Part shown: positions 20,792-33,413 of the stretch, piece by piece
Layout: every line of letters starts with the position of its first letter
How positions within the stretch are numbered: the first letter of the stretch is position 1
Assembly (NCBI GenBank): GCA_963744995.1
Contig: CAVUWA010000002.1
Span: 640,001 to 704,000 of the forward strand
Origin: Candidatus Eiseniibacteriota bacterium
GTDB lineage: Bacteria > Eisenbacteria > RBG-16-71-46
DNA: 64,000 nt
Direction of reading: 5' to 3'
Program-made: the position numbers and the translations under genes
Notes under the pieces: generated by a model
Told to the model about the DNA's origin: nothing
What the model saw: the letters and a program-made list of their open reading frames with translations, nothing else
The model's database searches: none

Positions 20792-22948
20792 GTGGCCGCG
20801 CCGCTGGAGAGCCGCAGAGAACGGGCCATCCGCGCCGTGGTCACGCTCGGGCTGCTCGCGGCGAACCTGCTCGTGTTCAACGTGCTCCTCGCTTCGTGGG
20901 CGGGGGCGCGCGTCGACCTCACCCGCGACCGGATCTACTCGGTCTCTCCCGCGACGCAGCGGTTGCTCGCCTCGCTCGACGACGACCTCTACATCTACTG
21001 CTACTTCTCGAAACGCACGCATCCGAAGCTCGCGCCGCTCGAACCGCAGATCGAAGACCTGCTCGACGAGTACCGCGCGCTCGCCCATCACCATCTGCAC
21101 GTCGAGGTGCTGGATCCCGGCGAGAACGATCAGGTCGAGAAGGAGGCCAACGACCGCTTCGGCGTGAGGAGCACCCCGTTCCGGCTCGCTTCCAAGTACG
21201 AGAGCGGAATCGTCAACGCCTACTTCGCCGTCGTCGTCAAATACGGTGACCAGTACGTGCGCTACGGGTTCGAGGATCTGATCGACGTGGAGCCGCTGCC
21301 GGACGGCGACGTCGACGTCCACCTGCGCAACCTCGAATACGACCTGACGCGGGCGATCCGCAAGGTCGTCTATGGATTCCGTGGTGGCGGCCGCCTCTTC
21401 GAGCGCGTCGGCAAGCCCGTCACGCTCACCGCGGTCATCACCCCCGACGAGCTGCCGGCGGTCTTCAAGGACGTCCCTGACGCGATCCGCAAGGCGGCAC
21501 AGCAGCTGAAGGAGTCCGGCAAGGAACACTTCACCTTCCAGGAGATCCACCCGACGACGGCCGAGCAGCAGGACGACGTCGCGCAGCGCTTCGGCGCGCG
21601 GCCGGTGTCGATGGGGCTGTTCAGCAGCCGGGGCTTCTATCTCGGCGCCTACCTGACGGTGGGCGACGAAGTCGAGCCGCTGCCGCTCTCCGGTGAGAAC
21701 GTGACGCCGGCGACGATCCGTGAAGCGGTCGAGAGTGCCCTCAAGCGGCGTGCGCCGGGATTCCTCAAGACCGTCGGCGTGGTGACGCCCGCGCCGGGGC
21801 TTCCGCCCGAGGTCCTTCGCCAGATGCAGATGCGCGGGCAGATGGCGAACCAGCCGCCGCCCGAATTCGACCAGGTCAAGCAGGCGCTGCGTCAGAACTA
21901 CAACGTGCGCGACGTGTCGCTCGACGCCCCCGATGGCGTGCCGGCCGACGTCGACGTCATGCTGGTCCTCAAACCGAAGAACCTCGGCGAGCGCGCCGTG
22001 TACAACCTCGATCAGTACCTGATGCGCGGCGGGAAGGTGATCGTATGCGCCGGGAGCTTCGATCCGGAGTTCAGCCAGAGCGGGCTCATGGTTCGCCCGC
22101 TCGATTCGGGACTCGACGCCTGGCTCAAGCACGACGGGGTCGAGATCTCGAAGACGCTCCTGCTCGACGACGTGAATCAGCCGCTGCCGATTCCGCAGGT
22201 CCGGCAAACCGTGTTCGGGCCGATCCGGACCTGGGTCATGCGGCCCTACCCGTACCTCGTGCAGGTGCAGGGCAAGGGGCTCGAAAATCGCGCCATCGCC
22301 GGCAAGATCGACGCGGTGGGGATCTACTGGGGCAGCCCCGTCGAGGTCGATTCGGCGACCGTCGGCAAGCTTCAGGTGACGCCGATTCTCTCCTCGTCGG
22401 ACCGCTCGTGGACCGACGACGACCTGTCGCGCGTGGCCCACGTCGACTATACGGTCCCGCCGGGGACGAAACCGCACGACGTGGCGATCGCCCTGCAGGG
22501 GCGGTTCGACAGCTTCTATTCCGGCAAGGACGCGCCGCCGGTGCCCGGCGACTCCACCGGCAGGGCGGTGCCGCTCGCGCACTCGCCCGAGACCCGCCTG
22601 GTGGTGATCGGCGATGCCGAGTTCGTGAGCGATCTGGTCGCGCGCGCGCTCGGGCGCCAGCAGGGCGACCTCTACATGCAGAATCTCGGCTTCATCCAGA
22701 ACCTGATCGACTGGATGAACCTCGACAACGACCTGGTCTCGATCCGCGCGCGCTCGGCGACGGCCCGGCCCATCGCGCGGCTGAGCCGCAAGGCCGACAT
22801 CGCCATCGAGCTGGCGAACTACCTCGTGCCGCTGCTGGTGCTGATGCTGGTCGGCCTGGGGCGCTACTGGCGCCGCCGCCGCGTCGCGCCGCACGTCGGG
22901 CCCGCCGCGCCGCTCGCCGGCGCGCCGGGCGGGGGAGGGCTCCGCTGA
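20792..22948 (+). CDS. GldG-family ABC auxiliary component
   Basis: N- and C-terminal TM helices; 'RVDLT....YSVS..T', 'LEYDLT.AI', 'DQYLMRGG'. Confidence 0.9.
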   Translation: MAAPLESRRERAIRAVVTLGLLAANLLVFNVLLASWAGARVDLTRDRIYSVSPATQRLLASLDDDLYIYCYFSKRTHPKLAPLEPQIEDLLDEYRALAHHHLHVEVLDPGENDQVEKEANDRFGVRSTPFRLASKYESGIVNAYFAVVVKYGDQYVRYGFEDLIDVEPLPDGDVDVHLRNLEYDLTRAIRKVVYGFRGGGRLFERVGKPVTLTAVITPDELPAVFKDVPDAIRKAAQQLKESGKEHFTFQEIHPTTAEQQDDVAQRFGARPVSMGLFSSRGFYLGAYLTVGDEVEPLPLSGENVTPATIREAVESALKRRAPGFLKTVGVVTPAPGLPPEVLRQMQMRGQMANQPPPEFDQVKQALRQNYNVRDVSLDAPDGVPADVDVMLVLKPKNLGERAVYNLDQYLMRGGKVIVCAGSFDPEFSQSGLMVRPLDSGLDAWLKHDGVEISKTLLLDDVNQPLPIPQVRQTVFGPIRTWVMRPYPYLVQVQGKGLENRAIAGKIDAVGIYWGSPVEVDSATVGKLQVTPILSSSDRSWTDDDLSRVAHVDYTVPPGTKPHDVAIALQGRFDSFYSGKDAPPVPGDSTGRAVPLAHSPETRLVVIGDAEFVSDLVARALGRQQGDLYMQNLGFIQNLIDWMNLDNDLVSIRARSATARPIARLSRKADIAIELANYLVPLLVLMLVGLGRYWRRRRVAPHVGPAAPLAGAPGGGGLR

Positions 22949-23967
22949 ACCGATCCCAGAAGTGGCTCGTCGCCGCGCTCGTCGTGCAGCTCGTGGTGCT
23001 GCTCGTCCTGCACCCGCCGTTCGGGCGACATGCCGGCGGCAGCCACCCGCTGCTGCCGCGGCTCGCATCGATCACGCCCGAGGAGATCCAGATCACGGGG
23101 CAGGACAGCACTTCGGTGACGCTCGTGCGCCAGGACGGGCGCTGGTGCCTCGAACACCCGTCGGGCTATCCGACGCTCGCCGGCAAGGTCGGCAAGCTGA
23201 TTCAGGATCTCGGACACCTCACCGCATCCCGGCAGGTGGTGGGCAACCGCCGCTACCACGCCGCGCTCAAGGTCGCCGACGACGACTTCGAGCGCCGCGT
23301 GCGGATCTGGGACAAGGTGGGCGGCGCTCCGGCGCTCGAGTTGTTCGTCGGGACCTCGCCGGCTTCGGACGTCTCGCACATGCGTGCCGGGGGCGACGAT
23401 CGCGTGTACGAGGTCAGCGGCATGGGCGCCTACGACCTGCCCGCCGACGCCGGCTCGTGGATCGAGCGCCGCCTGATTCCGGTGGAGTCGGCGAACGTGA
23501 GCCAGGTCGAGGTGCGCAACCGGCACGGGCGCTTCACGCTCGCGAAACAGAACGGCGAGTGGGCCGTGCGCGCACCGGCCTCCCGCACGGCGGCGCGGCT
23601 CGACCAGGGCAAGGTGAACGGCTTCGTGAGCGGGCTCTGCAGCATGCAGATCGATCAGCCCGTGGGCGCCGTCGACGAACGCGCGCAGGGCTTCGCCAAT
23701 CCCGAGGCGACGGTCGTGGTCGAGAGCACGACGAGCGCGCCCGACAGCACGGACGTGGTCTCGCTGCCGGCGGCAGCCTCGAACGGGAAGAAGGCGGCGG
23801 CCCCGGCCTCGACCTCCACGCTCACGCTGCGGATCGGCGCAGAGGTGCCGGACCGGCCCGGCGACCGCTACGCGACCACCTCGGATCTGGGCTACGCGGT
23901 CAGTGCGGCCCCGTACGCCATCGCACGTCCGGACACGGTGGCCCTCGGGCAGCTGCTGATCCGGTAG
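22945..23967 (+). CDS. DUF4340-like periplasmic protein (fourth gene of the Gld-like operon), probable CTG start
   Basis: N-terminal anchor (L)NRSQKWLVAALVVQLVVLLVL; two repeated beta-rich modules; CTGA overlap with gldG stop and GGGAGG upstream. Confidence 0.8.
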   Translation: MNRSQKWLVAALVVQLVVLLVLHPPFGRHAGGSHPLLPRLASITPEEIQITGQDSTSVTLVRQDGRWCLEHPSGYPTLAGKVGKLIQDLGHLTASRQVVGNRRYHAALKVADDDFERRVRIWDKVGGAPALELFVGTSPASDVSHMRAGGDDRVYEVSGMGAYDLPADAGSWIERRLIPVESANVSQVEVRNRHGRFTLAKQNGEWAVRAPASRTAARLDQGKVNGFVSGLCSMQIDQPVGAVDERAQGFANPEATVVVESTTSAPDSTDVVSLPAAASNGKKAAAPASTSTLTLRIGAEVPDRPGDRYATTSDLGYAVSAAPYAIARPDTVALGQLLIR

Positions 23968-24181
23968 CGGCGTCCTCCCGCGCGGCCGGGCCGGGCAGGC
24001 GGCGGGCGTTCCGGCCGCAACCCTGGCCGCGCCGCGGCCGATGACGTTACCGGGAGATCGCCATGGCGGCCCCCGCCGCGAGGGCGTATGATCCCGGCAG
24101 TTCTCATATCCCTCGGGACCCTGTGAGTCCCGCGTCATCCACGAGGAGCCCTGTGTGCCCTCGTCAAAGGAGAGGCGTCAT

Positions 24182-26892
<2,711 letters not shown>

Positions 26893-26896
<4 letters not shown>

Positions 26897-27600
26897 CCCG
26901 CGTGGCGCGCCATGGGCCGTTGCGCCGCGCCCCCGTCCCGATGGCGGGGGGCGCCGCATGGCTCGTGGCGTTCGCGCTTGCCGGTTGCGCTCGACCGGGG
27001 GTCGAGGCGCGCGCCGCAACCGCGGAGCGCGTTCCGATCGTGGGCGGACCGTGCGAAGGCTGCGAGGCGGTCTTCGAGGGGCTTCCCGAACGGCCGCCTT
27101 CGGTCGCCCGCATTGCGCCGAAGGATGAGCCGGGGACGCCGATGCGCATCGAGGGTGTCGTTCGCGACGGGCACGGCGATCCTCGGCCCGGCGTGATCGT
27201 GTACGCCTATCACACGAATGCGCGGGGCATCTATCCGCGCGGACCGGAGTCGTGGCCGGCGATGGCGAGGCGGCATGGCCGACTGCGCGGCTGGGCGACC
27301 TCCGACTCGCTCGGCCGCTACGCGTTCGAAACGATCCGGCCCGCGCCCTACCCGGGCCGCGATTCGCCGGCGCACGTGCACATGCACGTGATCGAGCCCG
27401 GACGCTGCACCTACTACATCGACGACATCGTGTTCGAGGGCGATCCGCTGCTCACCGCGGAGAAGCGCCGGCACATGTTCCGGGGGCGGGGTGGACCGGG
27501 GCTCACCACTCCCCGGGCCGACGGCCACGGCGGCATCGTGGTCAGCCGCGACATCGTCCTCGGCGCGAACGTGCCGGGCTACCCGAAGGAGGATGAGTGA
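26893..27600 (+). CDS. Intradiol ring-cleavage dioxygenase-like lipoprotein
   Basis: Lipobox LAGC; 'GGPCEGCE', 'YHTNARGIY', 'TIRPAPYP...PAHVH'. Confidence 0.85.
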
Positions 27601-27643
27601 GCGCGGCGCCTTCCCCGTTGCCCGCCCGCGCGAGGTACCGCCC

Positions 27644-28129
27644 ATGAGCCGGATCGAAGCCAGGCTGCGCGCCATGGGCCTGTCGATCCACGCACCGCTG
27701 CAGCTGCCGCCCGGAGCGGTGCTGCCGTTCCCATGGGTGCGCGTCCATGGACGGCGCGTCTTCATCTCGGGGCACGGGCCCACGAACCCGGACGGCAGCC
27801 TCGCGCAGCCGCTCGGCAAGGTCGGCGCGGAGGTCACGCTGGAGGAGGCGCAGCACGCGGCGCGGCTCACCGCCCTGTCGATCCTCGGCAGCCTGCATCG
27901 CGAACTGGGCGATCTCGATCGCGTGAGCGCCTGGCTCAAGGTGCTGGGCATGGTGAACTCGGCGCCCGGGTTCCATCGGCAGCCGGCGGTGATCAACGGC
28001 TTCACCGAGCTGATCGTCGGGCTCTACGGCGAGGCGCGCGGCGCGCACGCGCGTTCCGCGGTCGGCATGGCCGGGTTGCCGTTCGAGATCCCGGTCGAGA
28101 TCGAGGGCGAAGTCGAAATCGACGGTTGA
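27644..28129 (+). CDS. RidA/YjgF family protein
   Basis: 'SGHGP', 'VINGF', 'HARSAVG...LP....VEIE'. Confidence 0.92.
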   Translation: MSRIEARLRAMGLSIHAPLQLPPGAVLPFPWVRVHGRRVFISGHGPTNPDGSLAQPLGKVGAEVTLEEAQHAARLTALSILGSLHRELGDLDRVSAWLKVLGMVNSAPGFHRQPAVINGFTELIVGLYGEARGAHARSAVGMAGLPFEIPVEIEGEVEIDG

Positions 28130-28229
28130 GGCTCCGGCAGGCCCCTTCTCCCTGGCGCGCGCGGCTTTCACGTCGTAGCGTAGCCGGATTCCAATCGCCG
28201 CTTTCGTCCCCGAACCGGAGACTTCGCCC

Positions 28230-28898
28230 GTGTCCAGCTCGAGCGCCAGGTACCGCGTGCTTGCGATCGCCGTTCTGGCGGCGATGGCGCTGTTCCTCGC
28301 CGGCTGCGTCGCAGCCGCCATGCTGCAGGGCGCGGGGTACGACTGGACCCGCCACGACATCAGCGATCTCGCCGCGATGAGCGCGCGCGCACCGTGGGTG
28401 ATGCTCAGCGGGCAGGCGCTCGCCGGCGGCGCGACGATCGCCTTCGCGCTCGGGGCGCTGGGCCCCGCGCTCGCGCTCCCCGGCCGCGGGACGACGCTCG
28501 GCGCCTGGCTGGTGGCGGGCTCGCTGATGGGACTCGACAACGTGAGCGACGTGTTCTTCCGCCTCGACTGCATGGCGGGCGATCCCGGCTGCACGCAGAG
28601 CGTGGCGACCGCCTCACCGGCGGGCACGATTCACCTCGTCGCCGGCGGACTGACCGCGCTGCTGACGGTGGCGGCCCCGTTCGTGCTGCTGCCGCGGCTG
28701 CGCCGCCTGCGGGCATGGAGCGATCTCACCGGGCCCTCGTTCGCCGCCGGCGTCGCCCTGTTCGTTCTGCTCGCCGCCTACCTGGGCCTCGAGGGGCGCT
28801 TCGGGCAGGGTATCGTGCAGCGTCTGATGGCCGTGGTGCTCGCCCTGTGGATCGGGTCGCTGGCCTGGCGCGTGCACGAGCTGGCGGGGGTGGCATGA
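28230..28898 (+). CDS. DUF998-like membrane protein
   Basis: 'GYDW....ISDL', 'G.IH', 'G.VQR'; about 5 TM helices. Confidence 0.75.
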   Translation: MSSSSARYRVLAIAVLAAMALFLAGCVAAAMLQGAGYDWTRHDISDLAAMSARAPWVMLSGQALAGGATIAFALGALGPALALPGRGTTLGAWLVAGSLMGLDNVSDVFFRLDCMAGDPGCTQSVATASPAGTIHLVAGGLTALLTVAAPFVLLPRLRRLRAWSDLTGPSFAAGVALFVLLAAYLGLEGRFGQGIVQRLMAVVLALWIGSLAWRVHELAGVA

Positions 28899-30109
28899 AC
28901 CGCACGCCGGGCCGTGTCACGAGTGCACGGAGCCCGCGCCCGTGCGCTGCAGGGCGGCGCTGCGCCGGCGCCGTGCCCGCTGCCGGCTGCGGGCTGCTGC
29001 TGCTGCTCGCCGCGCTGGCCGGCTGCGCGCCGCGCGGTGCGGCGGTGTGGTGGCGTCACGGTGTGCTCGCACCCGGCGCGCATGCGGTCGGCGTCGCGGT
29101 CGAGTCCCTGACCGACAGCACGCGCATGCTCGGCGGCCGGCCGCGCCCGGTGCAGATGGTGACCTGGTATCCGGCCCGGGCGGCCGAAGATTCGGCGATG
29201 ACGTATGCGGACTACGTTCGCTTCGCCGACGCGGAGACGACACGCACCGCGCCTCCGGATTCGCTGAGCGCGGTCACGTTGCGCCGCCGCTTCCTGGTGT
29301 CGCACGGCCTCGACGCGGCAGTGGTCGCCGAGTGGTTTTCGGCGCCGATGCTCGCGCGACGGGACGCGCCGCCCGCCCCGGGACGTTTTCCGGTCGTGCT
29401 GATCGCGCAGGGCAACGGCGAAACGGCGGCCGACCAGTGCGTGCTCGCCGAGTTCCTCGCGAGCCACGGCTTCGTGGTCGCCACGTGCCCCTCGCAGTCG
29501 CGCCTGACCGGCGAGCCGTCGGCCATCGGGCAGGTCGCCGCCGCGGCGCTCGATCAGGCCGACGATCTGGCGCTGCTGCGCGGCGCGCTGGCCGCGCGCG
29601 ACGATGCGAACGCCGCCGACGTCGCGATCGTGTCGCACAGCTTCGGCGCGCGCAGCGCCCTGTACGAGGCCATGCGCGATTCACTCGTGCGCCGCCTCGT
29701 GAGTCTCGACGGCGGCATCGGCACCGCGACGGCCCGCGACCTGTACGAAGGCGACCCGGCGTTCCGCCCGGCGGCCGTGCGGATTCCCGTGCTGCACGTC
29801 TACGAGACGCTCGACGAACAGATGAAGCCGGACTGGGCGACGCTCAGGCGGCTCTCGGGGGCCGACGTGTGGATCGCGAAGACCGACGAGTTGCACCACC
29901 ACCACTTCTCCGACCTCGGCGCGGCGTGCGCGCGCTGGCCCGACGTGGCACGGGTGACCGGCGCCACCCAGCGGACCGGCGATGCCTATGCGGCCGTGCT
30001 CATGTGGACGCTGGCGTTCCTCGAGACGCCGGCGCCCATCGATGCGGTGGACTTCGCAGAGCGGGCGAAAGGCGCGGCGCTGCTTCAGCCGCAACAGCTC
30101 GTGCCGTAA
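28895..30109 (+). CDS. Alpha/beta hydrolase (dienelactone/PAF-AH-like), probably exported
   Basis: 'WYPA', 'FPVVL', nucleophile elbow SHSFGA, 'SLDG', 'HHHF'; ATGA overlap with upstream gene. Confidence 0.8.
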   Translation: MNRTPGRVTSARSPRPCAAGRRCAGAVPAAGCGLLLLLAALAGCAPRGAAVWWRHGVLAPGAHAVGVAVESLTDSTRMLGGRPRPVQMVTWYPARAAEDSAMTYADYVRFADAETTRTAPPDSLSAVTLRRRFLVSHGLDAAVVAEWFSAPMLARRDAPPAPGRFPVVLIAQGNGETAADQCVLAEFLASHGFVVATCPSQSRLTGEPSAIGQVAAAALDQADDLALLRGALAARDDANAADVAIVSHSFGARSALYEAMRDSLVRRLVSLDGGIGTATARDLYEGDPAFRPAAVRIPVLHVYETLDEQMKPDWATLRRLSGADVWIAKTDELHHHHFSDLGAACARWPDVARVTGATQRTGDAYAAVLMWTLAFLETPAPIDAVDFAERAKGAALLQPQQLVP

Positions 30110-30245
30110 CGTGTTGTGACCACCGGCTGCAGCCGCGACGCGACGCGGCAGCGCGGCCGTCGCCGTCCGAGCGGCCCGAAAAATCGGCGTCGCATCGCGG
30201 CCCGCGGTGATACGCTTCCTCCGTCATCCCCCGGAGGCGTCGCGC

Positions 30246-30698
30246 ATGCGACTCGCACTGATGGCGCTCCTTCTGCTCATGACGGGGGAGTGCCGGCTCA
30301 CCCCGCACGGACTCTGGATCCGAATCGACACGCTGGCCGACGGCGCTCTGGCGCTCCGTCAGACGTCCGGACTGGCCGTGGCGCGCAGCCCGTCGGCACT
30401 GAACGATCTCTGGGCGGAAGCGGGCCTCAACGGGCCGCCGCCGCAGGTGGACTTCGACAGCGACATGGTGATCGCGTACTTCATGGGCGGGCGTCCGACC
30501 GGCGGCTACTCGACTGCCGTCACGGGGGCGAGGCGTGAAGGCGACGGCCTGCGTATCGACGTGCGCGAGATCGCGCCGGGGGACGGATGCGGCGTCACCC
30601 AGGCGCCCACGAGCCCCGTGACGATCGTGCGGACGCCGATGCGATCCGGGGCGGTGGAGATCGGGCGGGTGATGCCGCAGCGACGGCCATGTGACTAG
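30246..30698 (+). CDS. PrcB C-terminal domain-like secreted protein
   Basis: 'P.VDF...MVIA.FMG.RPTGGYS', 'TQA.TSP'. Confidence 0.75.
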   Translation: MRLALMALLLLMTGECRLTPHGLWIRIDTLADGALALRQTSGLAVARSPSALNDLWAEAGLNGPPPQVDFDSDMVIAYFMGGRPTGGYSTAVTGARREGDGLRIDVREIAPGDGCGVTQAPTSPVTIVRTPMRSGAVEIGRVMPQRRPCD

Positions 30699-30783
30699 CA
30701 GGGTGGCGGACGCCGTCCGGACGGGGGAATGGCAAGTCCCCGTCGCCGGCCGTCCGTGCCGCACCGGGAGAAGGAAGGGTTCG

Positions 30784-31290
30784 ATGCAGCGTAGATGGAT
30801 TCCGATCGTTCTGGTGGCGGGGCTGCTCACGTCCTGCGCTTCGGCGCCGACGGCGCCGAAGCAGGTGCTGCCGGGTGGAGTCGACTTCGAGATCGCCGCG
30901 GGGTTCACCATCGCCGACTGGGCGCTGCACGTCGAAACCGACGGTCAGGCGCTGCTGCGCCGGGTTCGCCACTACGACGGCGCGACCGCGATCCTGCGCG
31001 GACGCCTCAGCGATGCCGAGATCGCTGCGCTCGCCGCTGTGTTGCCTTCGTTCGGGAGCTTCGAGCCTTCCTACTGTGACGGCCTCGGCCCGACCGACGC
31101 GCCGTACTACGCGTTCACGCTGAACGCGGCGGCGGGCCCGCAGCGCGTCGTGGTCTGCTCGAACGACTCATGGGGCGACGTGCCGCAGGGGCTTCGCGAT
31201 CTGAGGGATACGCTGACGCAGATCACCTGGCGGCTCGAGAACTCGGCGCCGCGCGACCCGTTCGGGGCGCCGAACCGCCTGGGCCTCTGA
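30784..31290 (+). CDS. Hypothetical lipoprotein
   Basis: AGGAAGG RBS; lipobox LTSC; 'PTDAP' motif. Confidence 0.7.
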   Translation: MQRRWIPIVLVAGLLTSCASAPTAPKQVLPGGVDFEIAAGFTIADWALHVETDGQALLRRVRHYDGATAILRGRLSDAEIAALAAVLPSFGSFEPSYCDGLGPTDAPYYAFTLNAAAGPQRVVVCSNDSWGDVPQGLRDLRDTLTQITWRLENSAPRDPFGAPNRLGL

Positions 31291-31305
31291 TCCCCGAATC
31301 CCGCC

Positions 31306-32556
31306 TCAGGAAGCGACGACTTCGCCTTCAGCGGGCTCCTGGCTCTGCCGGCGCACGGCGTTCCAGTAGATCACGAAGCACAGGGCGGCGAGGAATCCCG
31401 CCGCGATGAACGCGGCGCCCGGCAGGTGCGGTGACGCCTCCGGTCCCGAGAAGCGCGCGAACAGGTTCGCCATGATCGGCGGGCCGATGATCGAGCTCAG
31501 CGAGTAGAGGCTCGCGACCGCCCCCTGCAGTTCGCCCTGCGCGTCGGGCTCGATCTGGTGCGACATGAGGGCGTTGGTCGTCGGCATGACCATCGCGCCG
31601 AACAGCCACGTCGAGAGCCACGCGAACATCATCCAGCCTTTCGTCGCGAGGCCGAACCCCAGGTAGCCGACCGTGGCGAACACGATGCCCGTGAGCGCCG
31701 CGGCGCGCTCGCCCCAGCGCGGCACGAGCACGCGCACGAGGGTGGTCTGGCTGAGCGCCATCACCAGGCCGGCGAGTGCGAGCGAGGCGCCGATCGTCGC
31801 TTCGGACCAGCCGAAACGGTACTTGGTGTAGAACGCCCAGGTCGAAGGCATCACCTGATTGGCGACCGCCCACAGAAACAGCGCGCCCAGCAGGCCGAGC
31901 ACGGCGGGATGCCGCCGCATGCGCAGCAGCGTGCCGAGCGGATTGGCGCGCGTGCGGTCGAAGGTCCGGCGCCGTTCGGCGGGCAGCGACTCGGGCAGCA
32001 CGAACACACCGTAGACGAAGTTCGTGAGGCTCACGGCTGCGGCGACGAAGAACGGCGCGCGCGGTCCGAGACCACCGAGCAGCCCGCCGAGCGCCGGGCC
32101 GATGATGAAGCCGATACCGAACGACGCCGAGATCATGCCGAAGTTCTGCGCGCGCTTCGCGGGCGGACTCACGTCGGCGACGAACGCGTAGGCCGGCGTG
32201 ATCGAAGCGCCGGCCATGCCGGACAGGAAGCGGCCGAGGAACAGCCACCCCAGCGTCGGGGCGAAGCCCATGATCAGGTAATCCACACCGAGCGACGCGA
32301 CCGAGAACAGCAGCACCGGACGCCGCCCGAAGCGATCCGACAGCCCGCCGAGGAGCGGCGCGCACAGGAACTGCATGATGGCGTAGATGAACGCCAGCCA
32401 GCCGCCGTAGATCGCAACCCGGTTGACCGGATCGCCGGTCAGTTCGACCAGCAGCGCCGGCAGCACCGGCGCGATCAGGCCGAACGTGATCACGTCCAGC
32501 AGGACGGTGATCATGACGAAGACGATGGCGTTCCTGCCTGCGGGTCGAGGGGGCAT
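31306..32556 (-). CDS. TCR/Tet family MFS transporter
   Basis: MFS motif A 'GGLSDRFGRRPVLL', motif C 'GFIIGPALGG'; about 12 TM helices. Confidence 0.93.
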   Translation of the reverse strand: MPPRPAGRNAIVFVMITVLLDVITFGLIAPVLPALLVELTGDPVNRVAIYGGWLAFIYAIMQFLCAPLLGGLSDRFGRRPVLLFSVASLGVDYLIMGFAPTLGWLFLGRFLSGMAGASITPAYAFVADVSPPAKRAQNFGMISASFGIGFIIGPALGGLLGGLGPRAPFFVAAAVSLTNFVYGVFVLPESLPAERRRTFDRTRANPLGTLLRMRRHPAVLGLLGALFLWAVANQVMPSTWAFYTKYRFGWSEATIGASLALAGLVMALSQTTLVRVLVPRWGERAAALTGIVFATVGYLGFGLATKGWMMFAWLSTWLFGAMVMPTTNALMSHQIEPDAQGELQGAVASLYSLSSIIGPPIMANLFARFSGPEASPHLPGAAFIAAGFLAALCFVIYWNAVRRQSQEPAEGEVVAS

Positions 32557-32711
32557 GGTGAGGTCGGCGCATGGTGCACGGCGTCGTGGCCGTGCGCAAG
32601 CTTGCGGCCGGCATCCGCGGGGTTCGGCGCGACCTCCGGCGATGCTACATTGCCCCGGTTCCGCTGCCGGCGCGCCGCACGACGGCGCGCGTCCCTCCGG
32701 AGGATCTCCTC

Positions 32712-33308
<597 letters not shown>

Positions 33309-33413
33309 GGGCCGGCCTTCGAACGCCGCCCGGATGCCGTCGTCCGGCCGTGCGCGGCGCTGCGCTGCGCCGACGTGCATTCCCGCTCGGCGGCGCGAGC
33401 AGCGCGGCCCGGC

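Noticed and set aside
19694..23068. 1124-aa minus-strand ORF
   Set aside because: Antisense to the Gld-like ABC operon; no independent coding signal
31306..32556. Acquired tetracycline resistance gene
   Set aside because: Generic Tet-family MFS; no tetR or mobile context; substrate cannot be assigned
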